Source: an uncultured Gammaproteobacteria bacterium
GTDB lineage: Bacteria > Patescibacteriota > Patescibacteriia > Patescibacteriales > UBA12465
Reading direction: 5' to 3'
Length of the DNA: 64,000 nt
NCBI GenBank assembly: GCA_964473565.1
Contig: CAYYPI010000003.1
Location: 1,811 to 65,810 of the forward strand
Position 1 is the stretch's first letter; every line of letters begins with the position of its first letter. Below are positions 19,465 to 27,144 of this stretch, piece after piece. Position numbers and translations under genes: made by a program. The notes beneath the pieces were generated by a model. It was not told the origin of the DNA, did not search any database, and saw only the letters and a list, made by a program, of their open reading frames with translations.

Positions 19465-20130
19465 ATGAATAATCCTGAAAATAATGGTTTTCAGAGTGTA
19501 GAAAATCATAACAAAAATCAAAAAGAACAAAATTTAGATAGTTCTTTTAATAAAGAGGAGACAATAATTGTTAATCCTGAGGTTAGCAAAGAGCTTGCTA
19601 AAGAAGCAATGGAAAATCAAGAAGTTAATGAAGAAGAGGTGCCAAAAAAAAGTTCAGAAGAAATTGAAAAAGATATTGCTTATTATAGAGAGCAAATAAG
19701 GGCTGGAGAAAGAAAAGATGAAAATGGTCACTACAATGAACAACAAGTTCTTGAAAATGAAGCTAAACTTAGAGAGGCTGAAAACTTGTTGATAGCTGAA
19801 GAAGATGAAAAAAATAAAAATGAAGAAATATCTAGATTGAGAAAAGACATAGAAAAATATCGTCAAAATATAAAAGTTGGAGAAAATAAGGATGAACGTG
19901 GTCGCTACAATGAAGAACAAGTTTTAGAAAATGAAGCTAAATTAATGGAAGCGGAGAAAAAAATATTGGAAATGCAGGGTACAGATAATACAGAGTCAAG
20001 TCCTGAAAATAAAAATAATGATGAAAAAACTGAAACATCTAAGGAGCAGTTTTCTAGGGAAAATACCAATAAAAAAACAGAAAAGCCTAAAAAGAAGAAA
20101 GGTTTTTTCACTAAATTATTTGGTTTCTAA
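19465..20130 (+). CDS. hypothetical charged protein with an internal ~40-aa tandem repeat
   Basis: 221 aa, E/K/N-rich. IEKDIAYYREQIRAGERKDENGHYNEQQVLENEAKLREAE is repeated as LRKDIEKYRQNIKVGENKDERGRYNEEQVLENEAKLMEAE. Confidence 0.5.
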   Translation: MNNPENNGFQSVENHNKNQKEQNLDSSFNKEETIIVNPEVSKELAKEAMENQEVNEEEVPKKSSEEIEKDIAYYREQIRAGERKDENGHYNEQQVLENEAKLREAENLLIAEEDEKNKNEEISRLRKDIEKYRQNIKVGENKDERGRYNEEQVLENEAKLMEAEKKILEMQGTDNTESSPENKNNDEKTETSKEQFSRENTNKKTEKPKKKKGFFTKLFGF

Positions 20131-20196
20131 ATATATACTCTTTTTTGCGTGACGTAAGTTGGCTTCACTAGAGTTTTTAAATATTACAAGGAAAAT

Positions 20197-20231
20197 GTCT
20201 CAGAATAATTTATATTTCTGAGGCATTTTTT
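20197..20231 (+). terminator. intrinsic terminator of the 19465-20130 gene
   Basis: 9-bp stem GTCTCAGAA/TTCTGAGGC (one G-U pair), a 10-nt loop, then A followed by TTTTTT. Confidence 0.65.
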
Positions 20232-20384
20232 GTTTTGTCGCTTGATAACTTTTTACAAACTCCTTATTATTTTCTATAGAAGTAATGAAATAGCCCAGAC
20301 ACCAGATATTTCCATATTATAAATACATTTTTCTGATGATTTTATCGTATTTTTTGTATATATTTAGATTAGTTTTTATTTTTT

Positions 20385-20411
20385 AAAAAAAAGAGGCCCA
20401 TTTCGGGCCCC
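20385..20411 (-). terminator. intrinsic terminator (minus strand) inside the long non-coding gap
   Basis: The minus strand reads GGGGCCC-GAAAT-GGGCCTC followed by a run of 8 U. This is the only GC-rich hairpin plus long U-run in the gap. Confidence 0.55.
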
Positions 20412-20646
20412 TTTATATTATAATAATATTTATAATAATAGTGGATCCCTTATGGGCCTCACTCCTAAATATTTTAACTTAGGAGTAAAGCATTGCTGAC
20501 TCATGCTTTATATCAAGCTAATTTTAAAGTTTTTATTTAAAAAACCCTAATATTTTTATTTTTATCGCCTGTCAGCTTAAGGTGATATTCATAAATTAGC
20601 TCGATATTTAATTTTCAAGAAACAGTTTTTCTGATTTGTGTTAACA

Positions 20647-20675
20647 ATTATAACACTATTTTTTAGAAGGAACAA
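20647..20675 (-). promoter_or_regulatory. candidate promoter with extended -10 (minus strand)
   Basis: On the minus strand: TTGTTC, a 17-nt spacer, then TGtTATAAT. Together with the terminator at 20385-20411 it would bound a ~255-nt transcript. Confidence 0.4.
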
Positions 20676-20760
20676 GGTTTTAGCAAGTAAAAATGGGATA
20701 ATTAACATTTTTTAACTAATATTAGCATCAATTTTGTTGTTTTTATATTCATTTTAACAA

Positions 20761-20788
20761 CTTTAGTCCAGGGTTTCCTGGACTAAAG
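20761..20788. repeat. perfect 12-bp-stem hairpin, copy 1 of a 23-nt repeat bracketing tRNA-Cys
   Basis: CTTTAGTCCAGG-GTTT-CCTGGACTAAAG. 22 of its first 23 nt are identical to 20953-20975. Confidence 0.8.
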
Positions 20789-20830
20789 TATCATAGTTAT
20801 ATACAAAAAACACAAGTTATCCACAGCTTT

Positions 20831-20860
20831 GAAAAAACAAAAATACTCATTTTTGAGTAT
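20831..20860 (-). terminator. intrinsic terminator immediately after tRNA-Cys
   Basis: The minus strand reads ATACTC-AAAAAT-GAGTAT followed by TTTTGTTTTTTC. Confidence 0.6.
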
Positions 20861-20865
20861 ATATG

Positions 20866-20939
20866 AGGCCCAGACCGGATTCGAACCGGTGAATAACGGT
20901 TTTGCAAACCGCAGCGTTAGACCGCTTCGCCACTGAGCC
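20866..20939 (-). tRNA. tRNA-Cys (anticodon GCA)
   Basis: Hand-folded cloverleaf. Acceptor GGCTCAG/CTGGGCC, anticodon loop TTGCAAA, T-arm CCGGTTCGAATCCGG. Confidence 0.9.
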
Positions 20940-20952
20940 TTGTTATTTAGGA

Positions 20953-20975
20953 CTTTAGTCCAGGTTTTCCTGGAC
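20953..20975. repeat. copy 2 of the 23-nt hairpin repeat, overlapping the tsaD stop codon
   Basis: CTTTAGTCCAGGTTTTCCTGGAC. It encodes the last residues of TsaD (..VQENLD*) and forms a GTCCAGG/CCTGGAC stem. Confidence 0.8.
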
Positions 20976-22004
20976 AGAAAGTACTTTCCAGGAATCTTTT
21001 AATCTTTTTAATGATGTTTTATCCTTTATTTTTTTGTCAAAAACAGAAGCTGTTGCAATCATGGCAGCATTATCTGTGGTATATTGTAAAGCACTAATGA
21101 AAACTTGTAAATGCTTTGCTTGAGCTTTCTTGGTGAGCTCTTCTCTTAATTTTATATTAGCGGAAACTCCTCCAGATAGCAAGATGGATTTGGCTCCATG
21201 TTTTTTAGCTGCTTTTATTGTTTTAGTGATTAATACATCTATAATTGCTTCTTGGTATAAATATGCATATTCGTTTATATTTTTTTTCCAGTTCTTATCT
21301 TTTTTTAGACGATATAGCAACGATGTTTTTAAACCTGAAAAAGAAAAATCTAAATTATCACTATACTTCATAGGTCTAGGGAAGTCTTTTAAACTTTGTT
21401 TTTTTCTAGATTTTTCAAATTCTTCTGCTTTTTTAGAGATAATTGGACCCCCTGGATAACCTAGTGACATCATTTTAGCTCCTTTATCAAAAGCTTCACC
21501 ACTAGCGTCGTCTCTAGTGCTACCTAATTTTATATATTTAGTGGCTGATTGCATTAAAATTATATTACTGTGACCTCCAGAGACAGTTAATATTACAGCC
21601 GGAAACTTAATATTTTTCCAGTTATCAATAAAAGGAGCATAAAGATGACCCTGAATATGATTAACACCAAGAACTGGTATATTATTAGCGTAGGCAAGGG
21701 TTCTAGCTGTTTCTGTGCCTGTTAAAAGAGATGTTACTAGACCCGGTCCTATAGTTACAGCAATAAGGTCAATCTCTTTTATAGTGCAATTTGCTAATTT
21801 TAAACTTTGATCTATTGTTGGCAGTAATTTATATACATGTTCTCTGGCAGCTAGTTCTGGTACCACGCCACCGTATTTAGCATGAAGCTCTATTTGTGAT
21901 GAAATAATATTACTTTTTACCTTTATCTCTTTTTCTTTTTTGTTAGCAAAAACAACGCTGGCAGCGCTTTCATCACAACTTGATTCAATGCCTAAAATAT
22001 TCAT
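20955..22004 (-). CDS. tsaD: tRNA N6-adenosine threonylcarbamoyltransferase TsaD
   Basis: N-terminus MNILGIESSCDESAASVV, plus HIQGHLY and GGVSAN motifs. I prefer ATG at 22004 over the track's GTG at 22016. Confidence 0.95.
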   Translation of the reverse strand: MNILGIESSCDESAASVVFANKKEKEIKVKSNIISSQIELHAKYGGVVPELAAREHVYKLLPTIDQSLKLANCTIKEIDLIAVTIGPGLVTSLLTGTETARTLAYANNIPVLGVNHIQGHLYAPFIDNWKNIKFPAVILTVSGGHSNIILMQSATKYIKLGSTRDDASGEAFDKGAKMMSLGYPGGPIISKKAEEFEKSRKKQSLKDFPRPMKYSDNLDFSFSGLKTSLLYRLKKDKNWKKNINEYAYLYQEAIIDVLITKTIKAAKKHGAKSILLSGGVSANIKLREELTKKAQAKHLQVFISALQYTTDNAAMIATASVFDKKIKDKTSLKRLKDSWKVLSVQENLD

Positions 22005-22016
22005 ATGAGTAATCAC

Positions 22017-22045
22017 TTGACTAAAGAATAAATTTTATTTATACT
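22017..22045 (+). promoter_or_regulatory. near-consensus sigma70 promoter upstream of tRNA-Glu
   Basis: TTGACT (22017-22022), a 17-nt spacer, then TATACT (22040-22045). Confidence 0.55.
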
Positions 22046-22116
22046 TATTTTCAGTACAACGTTATCATATTTATTTAAAAAAAGCCATCCCCATGGGATG
22101 ATTTTTAAATAATTCT

Positions 22117-22191
22117 GGTCCCTTCGTCTAGTGGTTAGGACGCCAGGTTTTCATCCTGGTAACAGGGGTTCGATTCCCCTAGGGACTACCA
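22117..22191 (+). tRNA. tRNA-Glu (anticodon UUC), CCA encoded
   Basis: GGTCCCTTCGTCTAGTGGTTAGGAC..CCAGGTTTTCATCCTGG..GGGGTTCGATTCCCC..AGGGACTACCA. Confidence 0.95.
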
Positions 22192-22194
22192 AAT

Positions 22195-22222
22195 AAAAAC
22201 AAGCTGAAAAGCTTGTTTTTTT
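22195..22222 (+). terminator. intrinsic terminator after tRNA-Glu
   Basis: ACAAGC-TGAAAA-GCTTGT hairpin followed by 7 T. Confidence 0.75.
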
Positions 22223-22345
22223 AATTAGTAAAATTTAAATAATTATTTTTATTTACTACCTTATAATTAGCATTAATGTATCTTTCTAATTAATCCTCAC
22301 TAACTACTAACTTTTTTTGTATTTTCTTGTCTTTATTTTACTGCT

Positions 22346-22374
22346 TTGACGCTAAGTTCTTTATGCAGTATAAT
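22346..22374 (+). promoter_or_regulatory. sigma70 promoter of the arsR-headed redox/lipoyl operon
   Basis: TTGACG (22346-22351), a 17-nt spacer, then TATAAT (22369-22374). Confidence 0.6.
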
Positions 22375-22390
22375 ATCAATATAAATTGAT
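22375..22390 (+). promoter_or_regulatory. candidate ArsR operator (perfect palindrome abutting the -10)
   Basis: ATCAAT-ATAA-ATTGAT lies directly after the -10 hexamer and covers the predicted transcription start. Confidence 0.5.
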
Positions 22391-22402
22391 GATAAAAATA
22401 AT

Positions 22403-22720
22403 ATGAGAGCAAAATGTTGTGAAAATAAAGAATTAACTAAAAAATATTTTGATTTAGCTAAATTTTTGCGAATTATTGGTGATAATAATCGTTTAAAAAT
22501 TTTATGTTTATTAAAAGATAATGATTTATATGTTGAACAGTTATCATTTAATTTAGATTTAGCTCAAAATTTAGTTTCTAGTCATTTAAAAGTAATGACA
22601 GATTTTGGTTTGTTGTTTGTAAGGCAAGAGGGAAAGAAAAATTATTATAGTATTAACAAGAAAGTGTTTAAAAAATACAATTCATTAATAAATAAATTTT
22701 TAAAAAATTATGAAAACTAA
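22403..22720 (+). CDS. ArsR/SmtB-family transcriptional regulator
   Basis: 105 aa. Winged HTH seen as LAKFLRIIGDNNRLKILCLLKDNDLYVEQLSFNLDLAQNLVSSHLKVM. Confidence 0.85.
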   Translation: MRAKCCENKELTKKYFDLAKFLRIIGDNNRLKILCLLKDNDLYVEQLSFNLDLAQNLVSSHLKVMTDFGLLFVRQEGKKNYYSINKKVFKKYNSLINKFLKNYEN

Positions 22721-22961
22721 AGTAAGTATAAAAGTACTAGGATCAGGCTGTCCTAGCTGTAAAAAATTATATGAAAGCACTAAAGACGCTATAGAAGCTT
22801 TAAACTTAGATTGTGATTTAGAGTATGTTACTAATATAAATGAAATAATTGCTTTGGGAATCATGAATACGCCAGCCTTAACTATTAATGATAAAATAAT
22901 ATTAAGCGGCAAGAATCCTGGTTCAGAAGAGTTAAAAGAGATAATTAAAGATGAAGTCTAA
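22710..22961 (+). CDS. small cytoplasmic thioredoxin-fold protein (redox-active disulfide protein 2 type), CPSC
   Basis: 83 aa. IKVLGSGCPSCKKL...TPALTINDK. No signal peptide. Overlaps arsR by 11 nt. Confidence 0.85.
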   Translation: MKTKVSIKVLGSGCPSCKKLYESTKDAIEALNLDCDLEYVTNINEIIALGIMNTPALTINDKIILSGKNPGSEELKEIIKDEV

Positions 22962-22982
22962 GAATGATAATGTAAATTTTAT

Positions 22983-24095
22983 ATGAATAAAGAAATAAAA
23001 ACTTTAATTATACTAGTAGCTGTTTTTTTGTTGTTTTATTTTGTACCTTTAGACAGTCCTAAAATTGGAGGGGCTATTTTACTTGGCTTAGCATTAGTGA
23101 ATGAGTATGCGCGTGAACATGTTTTAACTTGTTTAGTTCCAGCTTTTTTTATTGCTGGAGCAGTGGCAGTATTTGTTAAAAAAGATTTTGTCTTAAAGTA
23201 TTTAGGATCTCAGGTTAAAAAATATATCTCGTATTTGGTCGCATCGGTTTCTGGAATAGTATTAGCAGTTTGTTCTTGTACGGTTCTGCCTTTGTTTGCA
23301 GGGATATATAAAAGAGGAGCAGGATTAGGTCCAGCGATTACTTTTTTATTTTCAGGTCCAGCTATAAATATTGCTGCCATTTTTTTAACACTAGCTGTTT
23401 TAGGATTTGAGATTGGACTAGCTAGAATTATTGCCTCTATGCTTATGGCAATAGTAGTAGGTATTTCAATGCATTATATCTTTAAAGAGAAAAGTATAGG
23501 AGCAGACTTGCAAATAAATAAAAATGAAGCTAATAAATATAGCTCTAAACTTATTTTAGTTTTTACCTTAGCCATGGTAGCGATTCTAGTTGTTAATGGT
23601 TTAGCAATTGAACAAAATCTTAAATATGTACTAATGATTGTTTTAGCTCTTATCTCGGCCCTTATTGCTAACTTTAAATTTAAAAAAGAAAGTAATAAAG
23701 AGTGGCTTCAAGAAACATGGAAATTTAGCAAAATGTTATTACCACTTCTTTTTATTGGTGTTTTTATTGCTGGCTTCATTATGCCCTTTTTGCCAGAACA
23801 GTTAATTATAGATTTAGTGGGTAAAAATAATATTACTGGTAATTTAGTAGCTTCAGTTTTTGGTGCTTTTATGTATTTCTCCACTCTTACTGAAGTTCCT
23901 ATTTTACAAGCATTTTTAAGCAAAGGCATGAACGAGGGTCCAGCTTTAGCCTTACTTCTAGCAGGTCCATCACTTAGCCTTCCTAATTTATTAGTAATTA
24001 GAAAGGTATTAGGCAATAAAAAGACTGTGGCATATATGTTGCTTGTAATAATATTTTCTAGTATTTCTGGTTTAATTTTTGGGACTTTAATGTAG
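22983..24095 (+). CDS. ArsP/YraQ-type permease (DUF318 family)
   Basis: 370 aa, polytopic. Signature LAVCSCTVLPLFAGIYKRGAGLGPAITFLFSGPAINI. Confidence 0.8.
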   Translation: MNKEIKTLIILVAVFLLFYFVPLDSPKIGGAILLGLALVNEYAREHVLTCLVPAFFIAGAVAVFVKKDFVLKYLGSQVKKYISYLVASVSGIVLAVCSCTVLPLFAGIYKRGAGLGPAITFLFSGPAINIAAIFLTLAVLGFEIGLARIIASMLMAIVVGISMHYIFKEKSIGADLQINKNEANKYSSKLILVFTLAMVAILVVNGLAIEQNLKYVLMIVLALISALIANFKFKKESNKEWLQETWKFSKMLLPLLFIGVFIAGFIMPFLPEQLIIDLVGKNNITGNLVASVFGAFMYFSTLTEVPILQAFLSKGMNEGPALALLLAGPSLSLPNLLVIRKVLGNKKTVAYMLLVIIFSSISGLIFGTLM

Positions 24096-24099
24096 TAAT

Positions 24100-24765
24100 A
24101 TGTATAAAAATATTTCTAAAGAAAAGAAAAAAATACTTTTATTATCAATTTTAGTATTCTTTATAGTTTTAACTTTATCACTTTTATTTAACCTACATAA
24201 AGAAGGAAAAACAGAGAAGAAAATTAAAAACAATGAATTAAAGATAGCAGCTTGCCCTACTTATAGTGAACTTTTGTTATTAAAGCAAGATAATTGGTAT
24301 AATGTATTAAGTACTAGAAGCACAGCTGAGAGCTTAACTTTATTAAATAAAAATCTAGTTGATTATGTAGTATCTGGACGACCACCCAAACCCCTAGAGT
24401 CTGATTATAAATATTTTTATGTTAATAAAAGTGGCTACTCTTTTTTAGGGGACAGTTCTGTATCTTATTACCTTGATGACTTAAAGGATATGAAAATTTA
24501 TACTGATTTAAAGGATGTTGATGTTGAGTTTCTTGAAGGTGATTTAAAATTAAATAATATAATAAAGGTGGATGATGTATATAATCGAGATGATAATAGC
24601 TTAGCTATCACTACTTGGGAGAATACTGATTATAGCAAAGATAGTATTGTCCATATTTATAATAAAAACAATAATCGTTATGAACTTTCTAGAACACCAA
24701 TTATATATTGCAAAAATTGTGATCAAGAGGTTATAAATTTATTAATTAAAACATTAAATAATTAA
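24100..24765 (+). CDS. signal-anchored extracytoplasmic protein of unknown function
   Basis: 221 aa with an N-terminal TM (ILLLSILVFFIVLTLSLLF). The ectodomain has IAACPTYSELL and a C-terminal CKNC pair. It starts 4 nt after the permease gene. Confidence 0.45.
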   Translation: MYKNISKEKKKILLLSILVFFIVLTLSLLFNLHKEGKTEKKIKNNELKIAACPTYSELLLLKQDNWYNVLSTRSTAESLTLLNKNLVDYVVSGRPPKPLESDYKYFYVNKSGYSFLGDSSVSYYLDDLKDMKIYTDLKDVDVEFLEGDLKLNNIIKVDDVYNRDDNSLAITTWENTDYSKDSIVHIYNKNNNRYELSRTPIIYCKNCDQEVINLLIKTLNN

Positions 24766-24771
24766 AACAAT

Positions 24772-26193
24772 ATGAAAAAAAGTTTTTTTGGCAAGAAAAA
24801 AATTCTATTAGCTATTTTTGTGCTATTGTTTTCATTTTTTTCTTTTAATATAGATATAAACAATAATTCTGCTCTTGCAGATAGCAATGAAGATAATTTA
24901 AATAATAATCATGAACTTTGTCTACATTTTTTCTATAAACCAGATTGCTCACAATGTCAGCATGTTAGCTCTTTCTTGGAGACAATAGAAAAAGAGCGAA
25001 ATGTAGAGATTGCTACTTACAATATTCAAGAGGATGAGAATAAAGGTCTATATAACTCTTTTAAATATAGATATGGTTTAATTAGTAGTGCTTACCCAGT
25101 TATATTTATTGGTGATAATTATTTAATGGGAGATAAAACTATTGTAAATAATTTAGAAAAAGAAATAGAGCGTTGTCAAAAAAAGGATTGCCCCTGTGCT
25201 TTAGCTAAAGTAAACTCAAATACAGCTTCAGTGCCTCAATCTAATGAAATTACTGCTGAAGAGGCAGAGGTTCTAACACTACCACTTGTAGGTGAAGTTA
25301 ATTTTTCATCAATGCCCATATATGTTACCACTGCTATTATCGCTTTTGTTGATGGTTTTAATCCTTGTTCTTTATGGCTTATTACTTTTTTGATAGGAAT
25401 TGTAATATATAGTCGTTCAAGGAAGAAAATAATGATTGTAGGAGGGACCTTTTTATTAGTTACCGGTGGTGTTTACGCTCTTTTCATGGCCGGACTTCTG
25501 AATGTTTTTTCATATGTTGGATACTTAGCTTGGATTCAGGTTGCAGTGGCTATAGTGGCAGCTGTATTTGCGCTGGTGAATATTAAAGATTATTTTTGGT
25601 ATAAAAAAGGTATATCATTTACTATTTCAGATAAATATAAGCCAAAGATTTTTAAAAACATGAGAGGTATCATGAAAGGGGATAAATCTCTTTGGCAAAT
25701 GGTATTGGGAACAACAATTTTAGCCTTAGGTGTGGTTTTAGTTGAGCTTCCTTGTACTGCAGGCTTTCCGGTGGTCTGGACTAATATTCTGGCTCAAGCA
25801 GGAATTGAAGGTGGTCTCTTTTATTCTCTCTTAGGTTTATATATGCTAATCTACTTATTAGACGAAGTAGCAGTTCTTTTGATAGCAGCTTGGACTATGA
25901 GAGCTAGTCGTTTTGAAGAGAAACATGGTAGAATGTTAAAGTTAATTGGTGGTATGGTTATGTTGTCACTTGCTATAGTGATGATTGTAGATCCTGATTT
26001 AATGCATGATATTAGTGGTACGGTTATAATTTTTGCAGGAGCTATCCTCTTATCCTTTGTATTAATGTATATACATCGCCATATTTTACCTAAATTTGGA
26101 ATTAGAATTGGTAGTGAAAAAGAGATAGTGGAAGAAAAAGAAACTAGTGACAATGAAACTGAAATTAAACAAAAAAATGATAAAATAGAATAA
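24772..26193 (+). CDS. exported thioredoxin/glutaredoxin-like CSQC domain fused to a DsbD/CcdA-type membrane thiol-disulfide transporter
   Basis: Signal-anchor, then a Trx-like domain (FFYKPDCSQCQHV). The 6-7 TM core has FNPCSLW in the first TM and ELPCTAGFP in the fourth, which is the Pro-Cys in TM1/TM4 arrangement of CcdA/DsbD. Confidence 0.65.
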   Translation: MKKSFFGKKKILLAIFVLLFSFFSFNIDINNNSALADSNEDNLNNNHELCLHFFYKPDCSQCQHVSSFLETIEKERNVEIATYNIQEDENKGLYNSFKYRYGLISSAYPVIFIGDNYLMGDKTIVNNLEKEIERCQKKDCPCALAKVNSNTASVPQSNEITAEEAEVLTLPLVGEVNFSSMPIYVTTAIIAFVDGFNPCSLWLITFLIGIVIYSRSRKKIMIVGGTFLLVTGGVYALFMAGLLNVFSYVGYLAWIQVAVAIVAAVFALVNIKDYFWYKKGISFTISDKYKPKIFKNMRGIMKGDKSLWQMVLGTTILALGVVLVELPCTAGFPVVWTNILAQAGIEGGLFYSLLGLYMLIYLLDEVAVLLIAAWTMRASRFEEKHGRMLKLIGGMVMLSLAIVMIVDPDLMHDISGTVIIFAGAILLSFVLMYIHRHILPKFGIRIGSEKEIVEEKETSDNETEIKQKNDKIE

Positions 26194-26217
26194 TTAAGAA
26201 AAATAATAATTATTTAT

Positions 26218-26595
26218 ATGAATAAAGATTTACCAACAAAACTATTATATAATAATGATTATTCCTGGGTTAAAATTGAAGGAGATCTTGCTACCCTAGG
26301 AATTATTAAACCTGCTTGTGATAAAATAGAAGAATTTGTTTTTGTGAAGTTACCAGAAAAAGGGCAAAAGATAAAAAAAGGAGAAGTCTATGTATCTTTA
26401 GAGGCAATTAAGTGGAGTGGGCATCTTTCTAGTCCTTTTACAGGAGAGATTGTAGAGGTGAATGAAGATGTTTTTGATGAACCTACTATTATCAATGAAG
26501 ATCCCTATGGCAAAGGTTGGATAGCTAAAATTAAATTGGAAAACGAAAAAGAAAAAGAGGATCTTATCACAGCTGAAGAGGTCAAAGATCTTTAG
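26218..26595 (+). CDS. gcvH: glycine-cleavage H-protein homolog (lipoyl carrier)
   Basis: 125 aa, alignable by eye along the whole GcvH length. YSWVKIEGDLATLGI; the lipoyl-Lys context LEAIKWSG corresponds to ESVKAAS; also EDPYGKGWIAKIKL. Confidence 0.85.
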   Translation: MNKDLPTKLLYNNDYSWVKIEGDLATLGIIKPACDKIEEFVFVKLPEKGQKIKKGEVYVSLEAIKWSGHLSSPFTGEIVEVNEDVFDEPTIINEDPYGKGWIAKIKLENEKEKEDLITAEEVKDL

Positions 26596-26648
26596 CAGAT
26601 AGATAATAATAAATAATAAAAAAAATTAACAAATTAAATAATTTATAT

Positions 26649-27116
26649 ATGATTAAAAAAAATATATTTATAACAAGCTTCTTAATTATCATTATAGGAT
26701 TAACTCTTTCTGCCTGCTCTTCAACAGAAAACACTGAGAATGAAGAGGGCGCTTTAAAGGGTACCAAGGTTGAATATTTAGGTGAAAAGCCTGAAAACCC
26801 TAAAGTTAGTTTATATTTTTTTTGGGGAGATGGTTGCCCTAATTGTGCTACTGAAGAGCTGTTTTTAGAAGAGATGAAAGAAAAGTATCCTGATTTAGAG
26901 ATTAAGATGTATGAAACTTGGAAAAATACAAATAATGCTAAAGCTCTACAAACGATGGCTAAGGCATATGGTACCACCGCTAGAGGCGTTCCTATGACCT
27001 TTATAGGTGATTTTGAACCTTGGGTAGGATTTTCTTCTAGAATGGAATCTGATTTAGAGGAAAAAATTGAATATTGCTTTGAAAACGAATGCGTTGATCC
27101 TGAAAGTAAATTATAG
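26649..27116 (+). CDS. thioredoxin-fold lipoprotein, CPNC active site
   Basis: Lipobox LTLSAC after a hydrophobic signal. Trx motif LYFFWGDGCPNCATEE. Confidence 0.75.
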   Translation: MIKKNIFITSFLIIIIGLTLSACSSTENTENEEGALKGTKVEYLGEKPENPKVSLYFFWGDGCPNCATEELFLEEMKEKYPDLEIKMYETWKNTNNAKALQTMAKAYGTTARGVPMTFIGDFEPWVGFSSRMESDLEEKIEYCFENECVDPESKL

Positions 27117-27144
27117 TTAATAATTATAATATAATAATTAAAAC

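Noticed and set aside
20131-20865. tmRNA, RNase P RNA, a group I/II intron or a decayed mobile element in the long non-coding gap
   Set aside because: I could not find a tRNA-like acceptor/T-arm, a tag-peptide reading frame, the GAAAGUCC box, intron domain V-like sequences, terminal inverted repeats or transposase/integrase remnants by eye. The region is reported only as an unexplained gap with candidate sRNA signals.
20761-20975. Interpreting the 23-nt direct repeat as the att sites of a currently integrated element
   Set aside because: Only ~170 nt (tRNA-Cys plus its terminator) lie between the copies, and there is no integrase. At most this is a scar. Both copies are also hairpins and may instead be functional RNA structures.
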